From the NCBI GenBank assembly GCA_951406725.2, contig OX597824.1, positions 43,400,001 through 43,464,000 of the forward strand: a DNA stretch of 64,000 nt, in the 5' to 3' direction. Each line of letters starts with the position of its first letter. Within the stretch, counting starts at the first letter, position 1. Below are positions 12,916-25,414 of this stretch, piece after piece. The stretch comes from Octopus vulgaris (taxonomy: Eukaryota). The notes beneath the pieces are model-generated. The model was not told where the DNA came from. It was given only the letters and a program-made list of their open reading frames with translations, and did no database searches. Made by a program: the position numbers and the translations under genes.

Positions 12916-14499
12916 GCAATGTGTGTATGTAAGTGTATACATATACAATATTCGAAATATATTCATAATACGCTGAACATGATAGGCATTAACAAAATTA
13001 CAGAAAATACTGCAAACATCATATAACTATATAAAACATATAAATACATATTTTATGATAGTTATTTAACATTACAGTATGGAAAAATTAAAAATCTAAT
13101 GCCAAACATTGTTAATTTCCTTTACCTGTTGTAGGTGACAGTTGAACTTGATGTTGTAGAGATGGCGGCAACGGTAGAGATCATAACTTGTCACGGTGAG
13201 TTGAAAGATGTATGAAAATGTACTGGTTTACTCCCTCACTTTCCGAAGTCTGAAATATTTGATGAGAGACTGAATTAACTGTAGGCAAGCCACCAATATT
13301 ATCATCAGACTTAACAGTTTCAACATTGTTGGAATGAATTAGTTTGACAAATGAGTTGAGTTACATTTCTTCACTTTCCTGCTTTTACTATTGAATAATT
13401 ATTTTTTTTATATACCTAGGCCTATTCCCCATTTTAGGAGGGGGTGGCCATAACAAGACACACACCAGGCATTCCATTCATTTCCCAGCTCAAAGAGGCG
13501 AGCCCCGTTCTATACTCGGGTCAAGGCATAGAACGCGATCCCCAATATCAGCAGCGGTGCCTGACATCATATGCTGGTTTACCCCCGCCGCATCATGCTG
13601 GTTCCGTATTTCTTTGAGCAACATCAAATTCACTCATCCGTCCACAAACACTCTCCAGGAATTCTTATCATTTATAAACTCTCTTGCCTCTCTCACTCCA
13701 GCACCTTTAACCTTTGAACATCAGTTTCAGTTGACATGACAATGCATGACATTTTATCAAAGGATTCTAGTATACTAGTCTTTAGGTTTCTCGAGCAATG
13801 GCTTTTCATTCTGTCACAGACAAGGACTTCATTTGTTATTCCTTCTATAAACACTCAGTATTTAGAGTATTTTCTAACCAGGCGCCAACGTGGTTTCCTG
13901 TAGCATTTGTTTAACCTGATCTCTCTCTCAAGTGCACAATGAATTTTTTTGTCTTGAAGCATTGCCTAGAGTAATGTCTTCCACAAATATTTCAAACTAG
14001 AGATTGCTGTGCTTTCTTTTATCGCGAGTCCTTTGTCCTCGTGTGTGGTTCTAAAGACGAACTTCTTGAAACCCTCGAGAACTTTGTCCAAATTGGTGTA
14101 AACTCTTGCAACCAACAATTATACTTTGATTCATTGACTGGATTATGAAGGTAACAATGAGTGGAATGAGGGTACACATTATTTTAACATCATTATTAAT
14201 AAAACGGTGGCTACGAGAATGAGCAGGTGCATCATTCAAAATTATTAGCAGAATGAGGTGGGGGGGGGGGGGCGCACTACATCATAATCTAACAAGACTC
14301 ATAGAGACCAGCTTTACTATTTCACAGTGTGTACAGGCCACAAATAGCTATATTGTAACAGAGAGGTTAAATGCGTGTATTAAAAATGTTTGCGTTTCAA
14401 ATTTATTCACCAAAGCATCAAAGATCCTTCTCACGTCTCTAAGTTTGTAAGGCTGGCTTTCTAGATTCTGTAGTATATATATTTTCCACCGGCGAGACA

Positions 14500-14668
14500 C
14501 CGCTCCGTCGCAGGATTACCCATTTTTGCCTGTTGAGTGGACTGCAGCAACGTGAAATAAAGCGTTTTTCTCAAGAAAACAAGTCATCGCCCGGTCCAGG
14601 AATCGAAAGCACAGTCTTACGAACATGGGTGTAATACACTTATCACTAAGCCACGCACCTCCACGCAT
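14500..14668 (-). mobile_element. tRNA-derived SINE head
   Basis: Minus strand has an A-box-like gtggcttagtga and a B-box-like ttcgattcc. Related fragments at 7240-7460, 42980-43105 and ~63870-63990. Confidence 0.6.
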
Positions 14669-14870
14669 TCATAAATACTGACAGACGGTCAGACTTGCTA
14701 ATTCTATCTTTAATTCCAAAAGTACACCCTTGTTACACACGCTAATTCTGCCTGACAATTCCGTTAAGGCTTCATGTGTATGTGGGATGCTCAGCCACCT
14801 ACACATTATTTCAGGAGCAGATTATTCAGCTGATCAAACAACTCATCATCATAATTTTATGTGTGTGTGA

Positions 14871-14930
<60 letters not shown>

Positions 14931-15190
14931 CAAATAAAGAATGGAGTTGCAGGTATCAATCATATTATTCCGTGATTTATAACAGATTCAAGAACGTTTG
15001 AGTGGAACATCATGTAACATTAATGGAGACAGAGATGAGAACAATATTGCTCTCGGTTGTACGATTGTATAATCCGTATTACATGATGATCCAACCACCA
15101 CCATTTAGTCGTGACCGGACGAATAAATGGAATACAGTTCCGAATTACATTATTCCAGTTATGTATTTTTTTTAAATCACAGTAAACTCG

Positions 15191-15274
<84 letters not shown>

Positions 15275-15894
15275 AAGACAGGCATGCAGACAGAAAGACA
15301 TAGGTGGATAGATAGACGAATAGACACACACACATACACACACATACACACACATACACTCACATATACCAACTATTGGACTTTCTCTTCAAGGTTAGAG
15401 GATACGTCAGCTCCCAAGTATTACTGAGGCTCTACAAAATACATGTGTAACCAATAATTGAGTACGGCTCTCAAACCTGGATCGACGCTACTGCTACTTC
15501 AGGACATCCTAGACAGACATCCTAGGTAGACAGTCTAGACAGCATGAATCGCAAAAGTTCACTCACAGACACGCTTTAGTCTCTGGCTCACAAGCGTTCT
15601 ATCACATTTTGCTGCATTTGCTACCGATGCTGTAATAATGTCTGCTCATTGAAACATGCAACTCCCACTCGTCTCTTCTTTCTATTCAACTCCTTTAATC
15701 AATCTTCTGTTTCGACCTCTCAAGCGTCAACACTAATCACTAAAACTAGCTCAAATATTTCCCGCAAGTGTTGTCTTACAAAAGTACAAGTGGAAAATAA
15801 ATGACATGAATCTCACCTCCCATGAGGAGCCTGTAGAATCAAACAGCAAATGTGTGTGTGTGTATGTGCGTGTGTATGCGTGCGTGCGTGTGTA

Positions 15895-15975
<81 letters not shown>

Positions 15976-16729
15976 ATCCGTGTCTGTTTAAATCTGCACC
16001 GACATAAAAGCTAGTGTTGTTGTTAATATTGTGTTCTTTTATGAATTGCAATAGAGTGGTTCGAAAAATAGATAACGATGAAATAAGTAACAGCTTGACA
16101 GAAGAGGGTAAATCAGTATGAGCGACTAAACATTGACACACACACACACACACATACACACACACGCACACACACACACACATTCACAGACAGACACGTA
16201 TATGTGCGTGTGTATATGTATGTATGTCTGTGTATATTATGTAAGCATGTATGTTTGTATTATGTATGCATGTATGAATGCATGTATGTATGTGTGTGTG
16301 TGTGTGTATATATATGCACATGTGTGCATTTATTTTATCATTTTTTATATGCGTTTATTTGTCACAAAATGGTAGACGGCATTAAGGCAAGCTGTCGCTG
16401 TTTCTTGCATTGGTCAATTTAATGGCGAAATGAAAGAAAAAGCCGTTAAACTGATCCGATGTGGCATTGAATTAAATCAGATGAGAAGCTTGTGATGAAA
16501 TGTTGTGGTGAAAGAGATTGAGAGAGAAAGACGGGGTGGTGATGGTGTCTGCGGTAGTTGTAGAGCTGTAGATTTACCGTTATATCTGATACTCATATTA
16601 GCTGTAGCAGAAGATGTCGCTGGTCTTGGAAGCGTGGGAGAGGAAAGATAAAAAGAAGGATGGAGATTATGATTGTATGGTAATATGAAATGGATCTATA
16701 GGGAAACTATAAACTTGTCAATGCAGTTC

Positions 16730-16786
<57 letters not shown>

Positions 16787-17909
16787 ACACACACACATAC
16801 ACACACTCATACTTGCGTGCGTGCACACACTATTTCCATCTATTTCTCTTAACCTTACATTAACAAAGCTCAAAACAATAATACCTGGATTTACAATACC
16901 AAATCCTGAGTTCGTGGATATATATGTATGCATGTGGGCAAGTATGTATGCAAGTATGTATGTATATATGTATATATGTATGTATGCGTATGTGTCTAGG
17001 TGTGTAAGTGTGTGATTGTGTGTGCATGCGTATATGTGTTTGTTTGTGGGCGTGTGTGTACGTGTGTGTGTGCGTGTGTGCGTGTGTGTGTATACATCTA
17101 TATCACAATGGGGAAAGCTGCTTATTAATTAGGTATGTAACTGTTACTAAAGGAAAGGAATTATTAAAGGCCTGACCATTTGGAAATTGTTTTATGAATT
17201 TATGTTCCAAGAAATTTCCTATAATTTCGATTTCTGAAGTTTATTGAATTTTTGAACTCCAATTTTTCACAAATTTAAATAGTCGTTGCATTCACTGCGG
17301 AGTATTCCGTATTCATTTGCAAAGTCTCTCACTCTCAATTTCAATGTTTTTATTTCGAGTTTTAATTTACTATTTCCAAAACCCACAGTTTATTGTATAT
17401 ACGTAATATAAAAAACATTATTTATTGAATGATAATTTTTTAATATACTGGTAAAATTTTCGTGAAAAAATTATACTGGTACAGTGATTTTGCTGTTATA
17501 GTTGTTTAGAACACGATAAGCCTTATATTAACAACTATCCGGACCGATTTGGGCCATATTTTTTAAACTTAAAAACCATGGGTGGCGCCTTTTCGGTAAA
17601 AAATTGAAAATATTTTCAGAGGAAAGGGTGAACAATTGAAGGGAGGATTGACTGTTGTTTCTAGTATTACCGCTCTCTGTTTTCACTCTCACATGTATTG
17701 GTGGGGCTTTCAATATTTTTCTCCCATTAAACACATTTTTCTCAATCACTTCCCTCTTGATAATATTTTCATATTAAACAAATGTGAAAATATTATCAAG
17801 TGGGCAGCAGAAAACCGCCCGGAGGGTGATCTTTCTACTTGTGTATATAATATATATATTTATGTATGTATATACACACACACACATATATATACATATA
17901 AACATATAT

Positions 17910-17952
<43 letters not shown>

Positions 17953-18109
17953 TACGTAGGTACACATGCAGACACACAAACAAACACATGCGCATATATA
18001 CACACATGCCTGCATACATACATACATACACACTTACATACAAGAGTTGGTACACCACTCGCTCCTTACGGATGAGGAGAAAACTGAGTCTGGTAGTATT
18101 CACTACCAA

Positions 18110-18500
18110 AAAGTATCTTTGAGAGTAATCGCCTGTCAGTTTTGCTCATCGTCTACAAATTAAACCTACTATCATACATGCCCACAAAACATAGTGCAAA
18201 TAGAAAACATTCCAGAAGTATGCCTCATCTTTTCTTCGTCTACGACTTGACACCGTATGTGCCAAATATCAACCAAATAAAAATACAATTAGACCACATT
18301 ACCTAACTTTCGACAGACATTGGAATGAAATTTGATGAGTCCAAATGTGTATTTTTTGACAACAAACAAGGAAAAGTTGTGCCCTTCTCTGAAAACCTAA
18401 ACATGTACGGCTTGACAATACAATCTCTACACTCAGATGACAACTATAGATATAAAGAATGCTACACCAAACAAGTTGCTTTCCTTCATAACCTTGTTAC
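18110..18500 (+). pseudogene. R4/Dong-like RT fragment
   Basis: HLFFVYDL...STDIGMKFDESKC, a decayed version of HLLFMDDL...FSxDIGMxFGLDKC. Confidence 0.6.
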
Positions 18501-18835
18501 CGAGCAGGTGGCCGGTCGAAATTTATTGCACATTTAAAGAGAAACATAATACACACACATACATACATACATACATACATACATACATACATACATACAT
18601 ACTCACACACAGACATGAATGCATACATAGATACACACACACAGACACATATTCATTCATACACACATATACATACATTGATATATATATATATATATAT
18701 ATATACATACATACAAACATCCATATATACATACGCACATACATACATACATACATACATACATACATAAATGCATACATACATACATACATACATACAT
18801 ACATACATACATACATACATACATACATGCATACA

Positions 18836-18866
<31 letters not shown>

Positions 18867-19342
18867 GGGTCTTCCATAGCCGAATGGTTAATAAGTTGGC
18901 ATAATAATTGCCAGGTGCCAGGTACGATTCGACTGCGTATCATTTACTCAAGAGTCTTTTATCATAGGATCAAGTCAACCAAGTATTCTGAGTGAACCTG
19001 GCTAGACAGAAACTGCCTGGAAGACCATCCGATGGACTTTACTTGACTTTATACCCAGCCTCCTCACACTAAGTGCTCCGTTGGTTCTTTTTAAGGATTA
19101 CGTTAAGCGTACGCACATTTGTGAAATACTCTGCCACTTTAATGCTGATTCACCATGTTTACACACACACACATACACACACACACACACACATACACTC
19201 ACAAACAAAGACGTTGGTGAAACAAAGAGGAAAATAGGACTGGAAATATGCGCATATGTATATTTTTGTTATTAATAATCAACAGTAGTTACAAAGTAAC
19301 TTGCCGCGTAAGTATGTATATATAGTGTGTGCGTGTATATGT

Positions 19343-19752
19343 GCAGGAGTGGCTGTGTGGTAAGTAGCTTGTTTACCAACTACATGGTTCCGGGTTCAGT
19401 CCCACTGCGTGTCACCTTGGGCAAGTGTCTTCTACTATAGCCTCGGGCCGACCAAAGCCTTGTGAGTGGATTTGGTAGACGGAAACTGAAAGAAGCCCGT
19501 CGTATATATGTATTTATATATATGTGTGTGTGTGTTTGTGTGAGTGTGTTTGTCCCCCTAGCATTGCTTGACAACCAATGGTGGTGTGTTTATGTCCCCG
19601 TTACTTAGCGGTTCGGCAAAAGAGACCGATAGAATAAGTACTGGGCTTACAAAAGAATAAGTCCCGGGGTCGAGTTGCTCGATTAAAGGCGGTGCTCCAG
19701 CATGGCCGCAGTCAAATGACTGAAACAAGTAAAAGAGTAAAAGAGTAAAAGA
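19343..19752 (+). mobile_element. Full-length tRNA-derived SINE with internal microsatellite and (GTAAAAGA)n tail
   Basis: A box tggctgtgtgg, B box ggttcagtccc and a tandem 3' tail. Partial copies at 18880-19030 (+) and 24230-24430 (-). Confidence 0.9.
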
Positions 19753-19753
19753 G

Positions 19754-19785
<32 letters not shown>

Positions 19786-20085
19786 ACGTGCGCGTGCGCG
19801 CTCATGTACAAATGCGCACACCCGCGTGAATATACACAAGCACGCCAAACTATATGAGCGCGTCTGCACACTCATATATAGAATTATATACTTGCAAATG
19901 CTGCCCCTTTCTACTGCCACCCCCAACAACCTCCACGTGGTTAATTTCCTGTACGCCATGTAGTATTTTCCAACTAACTATTACCCATATACCAACATCA
20001 AACCACGACACCGCGTGACCTTCCTCGACCAATAGCAGTCCACCTTTCGGTAATCACAATCAACTTCGGTTATTCAAATACAAAA

Positions 20086-20127
20086 TTGCTGACGACTAGT
20101 ATCATGCTTGAAACTCAAGAGTACCAA
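20086..20127 (+). ncRNA. Type I hammerhead ribozyme motif
   Basis: ttg CTGACGA ct AGTA tca TGCT t GAA ACTCaaGAGT A ccaa, GUA site. Followed by AATAAA and (TA)n, a pLTR-like context. Confidence 0.75.
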
Positions 20128-20212
20128 CGAATTTGACTCAAGCCGTTTTGATCCATACTTGTAGCTCCCAATAAATTGGTTGAGTGCCCTTCATTCATTC
20201 GTCCACTCACTC

Positions 20213-20276
<64 letters not shown>

Positions 20277-20280
<4 letters not shown>

Positions 20281-20870
20281 CTTAGATAACTTAGATATGT
20301 TTCGACCAAAGATTGGTCCAGGCCATGTCTAACTTAATAGCACCACCTGACAGGATTATTCGAATCCTGTTTAAGTCAAGTTTTGTTCAAGTAGTGAGTT
20401 CTTGTTGGGTGAGTTGTATCCAATTATGGGTGGCTTATCTGGTATTCTTTGAAGGAATCTATCCAGACTCCGTTTAAAGTTGATGTGATCCTTTTCCTCT
20501 TTGATCTCCCTCGGGACAATGTTAAATAGGGCAGGGCCTGTTGAGGAAAAGAAATTATGTTGCAGTGTACATGTATGTTGTGATCTTGAATTGGGCAGGG
20601 GACGTATGGCCCGTGGTCCCAGTCTTGGATGAACCTTGAAGCTAATGTTAAGGTCGTTTGGGCAATGTTAAACTGTCGTATATCCAAATTTGGCCAAATG
20701 TGCTTTTTTTCAATATTTATTTTTGCATGCAATAGCCAGTTATTTTGGTCAAACTATCGTATCTCCAGCTTGTTCAGATACCAAGATTTCAAAAATTGCC
20801 AAAGTATAGTACAACGATTTTGCTATGGAAAGGTGAAACTATTTTTTCGTTTTCTGAAAAAGCAACGTTT
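20277..20870 (-). mobile_element. 5'-truncated LINE-like 3' end with stem-loop and (ATCTAAGTT)n tail
   Basis: The terminal ~65 bp recur almost identically at 52812-52882. GACCAA-TCT-TTGGTC hairpin precedes the tail. The 5' boundary is approximate. Confidence 0.55.
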
Positions 20871-21588
20871 TGGACTTAAGACACTTTTCATAATAGCAAC
20901 GATATGCGTATGTGTGTGCATGTATGTGGGCGTGTGTATGTGTGTGTGTATGCATGTATGTATCCATCAGCTTTAACAGATATTGCATTAGCATGCATGT
21001 ATCCATGTATTAGTATGTATGTATCCCTCAGATTTAACAGATAGTGCTTTGGTTTAACGCATTTATGGGAGAAAACAGAGTGTTGACGTTCGAACGCTAG
21101 TAATTCATAAACAAAAAACTGAAAAGGCAGTTGTAAAAGAAAGTGTGGCCAGGTAGAAATACGGTTTTATGAGAGAGGTAGGAAGTGAGGAGGCGGATAG
21201 TATGCACATCAAGGGAGATTGTCCATGCATAAAGATGGGCTTGAGAAGGGGTGTGTTGGTGGTATGGGATGTCAAGTGGAGGTGTGCAAACATGTGAGAG
21301 GAAGGCGTAGACGAAAAAAGAATGTGGTAGGCCCGATGGTGAGGTGGTGCTGAAGACAAAATATTAAGGAAAAAGTATATATAGAGTGACAAACGATTTT
21401 TAAGATAGTAACGTGATAACACTAGTGAAAATCTGGAGTTTCTGTATAGAATATCCGAAGAAAATTACAAATGGGGGACAAGAAAGGAGACGCGATGTCT
21501 GTCGAAGTGGACGGAAGCAGAAAAGCACATACACACTTACACACACATATATGTCTTTGGGTATGTGGGTGTGATGTGTGTTGGTGGT

Positions 21589-21643
<55 letters not shown>

Positions 21644-21921
21644 ATGGGTGTGCGTATGTAGGAACTTCAACTTATATCAGCTCTTATTTCTAAATTTACA
21701 ATCAGTTTTAAAATCAAATTTCTAATAGATATATGTTTAAACTCGCTGTGGAAATAGCTGCGCATAGTGTCCTGCAGACAGAGAAAACTACGAATTTTAC
21801 AAATGGTTTAGTTTCAACTTTCGTGAATGTTTTCGTCAAGATTCATTTTGTGAATAATGTAAGCAGTCTAAGTCCTAACTTACTTACTTAACGGTGTAAA
21901 CACCACGCACACACATACACA

Positions 21922-22013
<92 letters not shown>

Positions 22014-22244
22014 CCATGTATATAAATATATACTTCGGGGTGAAACTGCCTACTATACCAAAGATTCCACGACCTATAGCTGCTTTCTTAAGTGAAGTCG
22101 GTGAAATTCGACGTGTGCGTAGAAACGCTTACACGCCGAGAATACTCCCAAATAATAAGCCATTGTGTATGCCAAAGTATATACATATGTGTGTGTGTGT
22201 GCATGTATTTATGTATTTCTATATATATATATATAATTATATAT

Positions 22245-22655
22245 ATATAATAATAATTATAATAATAATAATAATGATAATGATAATAATAATGAAATTA
22301 TTGTATACAGTGCTCAAGTGCACAACAACTTGTCAAAAAGTGCGCATAAAGTATATGCAGTAATGTACAAATGTCTGGAAAGCGAAAAGTGTATGAGTCA
22401 GATACATGCTTGCGTGCGTATGGAGGGGAGAAAATCAGGTGTAGTGTTGGCGAATCTCAGGAAGCATGGAAGTTTTGAAGGATGCAGTGCTCCGACAACT
22501 AACAACTGATGCTGGCAATCTGTTCCATGCTACAGCAACTCTTAGCAGTCTGTTCCATGCTACAGAAACTCTTCCGAAAGTCATGGGAGCTGTGCTGTTT
22601 TCTGACTTTGTAAACATATCCACGGGTGTTAGACAGGTGGGGTTTGAAAAGGTGA
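22245..22655 (-). mobile_element. CR1/L2-type LINE 3' end with (ATT)n tail
   Basis: ORF 22435-22623 reads RVAVAWNRLPASVVSCRSTASFK, with an internal short tandem duplication. Confidence 0.8.
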
Positions 22656-22839
22656 AAAAAATCTCGCACTTTATTTATAAAGTTGAAAAGACATCAGTTT
22701 CACGTTCCCTCGTCGGACACATTTGATTGAAAATCAGTGAAACTCTGAGTAACAGTTTTTCTGATGTCTTTGCAGCTTTATTAATAATGCATATTACTCT
22801 ATCTCCGGTATTCGAGTACTATATTTTTCCACATTTTGA

Positions 22840-22877
22840 AATCTGATGATTACTACGAACGAATGAAAGCGCTAATT
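22840..22877 (+). ncRNA. Minimal type I hammerhead motif
   Basis: aat CTGATGA ttactacgaacgaat GAA AGCGCT A att. Palindromic helix III, 3-bp helix I, weak helix II. Confidence 0.6.
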
Positions 22878-23044
22878 GAACTTTATGAACATTACAAAAT
22901 ATTATTTTTCTAATGTTTAACACACTTCACATTGTAAAATAATTTATATTTTTTTTAAATACTGTAATAAAAAGCGTGAAAACCAGACCATGTTTGAACT
23001 TTATTCAAGTTATATATTATTCTACAAACATGTACACAAATTCG

Positions 23045-23155
<111 letters not shown>

Positions 23156-23397
23156 TACATATATATACATGCATACGTACAAATATACGTCTGTACATAT
23201 GCATGTATATTCACCCACCCACATAGTAATAGCTGAATAATGCAAGCTTCTTATACTAGGAACTGTTGTAAGCTAATGAAAGTAATTATGTCACTTCCGT
23301 TGCTTTTGTCTTTCGGTAATCGATAATTGTATGTTTAAGTATGCGTTTATGTATGTATGTATGTATGTATGTATGTATGTATGTATGTATGTATGTA

Positions 23398-23860
23398 TCT
23401 CTCATTATAAAAGGCAGATTTTATCTGCCTCCCTTTGTCAGTTATAGAAATCTACAATATAGGATTTCTTCAATTACAATTTACCTAGCATTTTTAAGAG
23501 TAGAATGCATCGGGTCATGCCAGGTCCAGTTTTTAAAATTTAAACTCCAATTAAGCAAAATTTACAGAAAACTCACATTCTGGTGTGTATGTCAAATGCT
23601 TTTCTTAATGTGGTTTACACCACACGCACACGCACACACACAGTGTGCAACGAATAAAATGAAAGTAATTCACTGTGTGTGTGTTGACAGGTAGACAATA
23701 GAATGCGATGGCGATGGCGATGGCGATGTAATATTTGTTTCTGTCTATCACGCTGATAGATACATGAGTAAAATGTATGGCAAGCTAAGAGATAAGAGTG
23801 AGTGAAAATGTTCTTGGAAGAGAGTAAATAGCGAGAGTGATTTGAGGAAGACTTTACATT
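23398..23860 (+). mobile_element. Putative non-autonomous Helitron 5' part (family C)
   Basis: A|TC start with tctctcattataaaaggcag. The first ~220 bp recur inverted at 51810-52031. No 3' terminus recognised. Confidence 0.6.
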
Positions 23861-23899
23861 AAATAACTGTAGTGGCTTGTATATATATATATATATATA

Positions 23900-24161
23900 C
23901 ATACATAAGACAGTAAGGTGTGATTTGAGGGAGATTTGGCTGCTATTTCTACCATGTCTAGCTGCCATGTAGGGGTCTCCCTCATAGGCTCATATATACA
24001 TAGATAAGACAGTGAGGTGTGATTTGGGGGAAATTTGGCTGCTATTTCTACCAGGTCTAGCTACCATGTAGAGGTCCCCCTCATTGGCTCATATATATAT
24101 ACATACATAAGACAGTAAGGTGTGATTTGAGGGAGATTTGGCTGCTGTTTCTACCAGGTCT
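23900..24161. repeat. ~102-bp tandem repeat, 2.5 copies
   Basis: taagacagtaaggtgtgatttgagggagatttggctgctatttctacca occurs three times. Confidence 0.9.
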
Positions 24162-24526
24162 GTTAGGCCTTCTCATGTAAACTCAAGCTTTCTCATGCCT
24201 TCAACATAAGACCAAAGCAGAGAATGTATTCTTTTATTCTTCTGCTTTTTCCAGCCATTGGTCTGTGGCCATGCTGGGGCAATTCCTTGAAGAATTGTAG
24301 TTTAATGAATCAACTCCAGTTTTATTTTTGTAAGCATTGTACTTATTCTATCTGTTTCCTTTGTCAAACCACTAGGTGACAGGGATGTAAACAAACCAAC
24401 ATTCGTTGTCAAGCAGTGGTGGAGGACAATCACAAGCACAGACATGCACACACACACACATACATGCATACACATATACACACATACATACATACATACA
24501 TATATATATATGTGTGTATATATATA

Positions 24527-24785
24527 TTGCAGCGTGGAAGGTGTTTGTAAGCCATTTAAGAAACACACAAAAACCGTTAGATTCACTTCAACATTTAAAT
24601 TTAATTTGCCAAAATATTTTCCTCGCTTTGAGACCGCGACCTGTTGACTGACAAAAATATCGTGCTAACAGGTCGCGGTCTCAAAGCGACGAAAATATTT
24701 TGACAAATTAAATTTAAATGTTGAAGTGAATCTAACGGTTTTTGTGTGTTTCTTAAATGGCTTATAAACACCTTCAACGCTGCAA
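24527..24785. repeat. Foldback with 119-bp arms, 4 mismatches, containing a hammerhead-like motif
   Basis: 24527-24645 is the reverse complement of 24667-24785, with a 21-bp spacer and (TA)n nearby on both sides. Confidence 0.95.
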
Positions 24786-24857
24786 CTGTTTTCGTTCCAG
24801 CACACGATCTCAGATCAAGTCACTTGCTATGCAAGTACATCTCTGTAACTATATATA

Positions 24858-24894
<37 letters not shown>

Positions 24895-24957
24895 TGGTAA
24901 AAACAGTAAGATAACAAAAGAAAGAAAGAGACCTCAATATTATGTAAATAGAGGAAA

Positions 24958-25351
24958 TCTTTATATATAAAAGTGAGGTTGTGTGTCTGTCTCCTACGAT
25001 TTAGATTCCTAACTACTCCCACATTTTGCGGTGCAGTTTAACCAAAACCGGGTATCTTATAGTCGTGATTCATATCGAGACCGTCTGGGTATTAGCGCGC
25101 GTCTACGATGAGTCTACGATTTAAAAAAAATTTACCATCAATTTTTCCCATTTTTAATCCATTTTTGACATATATAAGGGAAGTAACTCTCTAAAATTTA
25201 TTATTAAATCTCAGAACGTAAAAAGCTACAGTAACACCCCTCCCCCTTTGTGGTTAGCCATATTGAGATGGCTATTATACTTTACAACTCTAAAAATGCT
25301 TATATAATTATTTCCCTTACAAACCCGAGCAACGCCGGGCGATACTGCTAG
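24958..25351 (+). mobile_element. Complete non-autonomous Helitron (family A, 394 bp)
   Basis: A|TC...hairpin cccgagcaacgccggg...CTAG|T. Termini shared with 49602-50445. Confidence 0.92.
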
Positions 25352-25371
25352 TGTATGTATATATGTATGTA

Positions 25372-25414
<43 letters not shown>

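Noticed and set aside
19343-19415. tRNA gene
   Set aside because: The A/B boxes belong to a SINE head, and no complete cloverleaf was found.
20295-20325. Stem-loop followed by GAAAC on the minus strand
   Set aside because: No CUGANGA upstream; better explained as a LINE 3' stem-loop.
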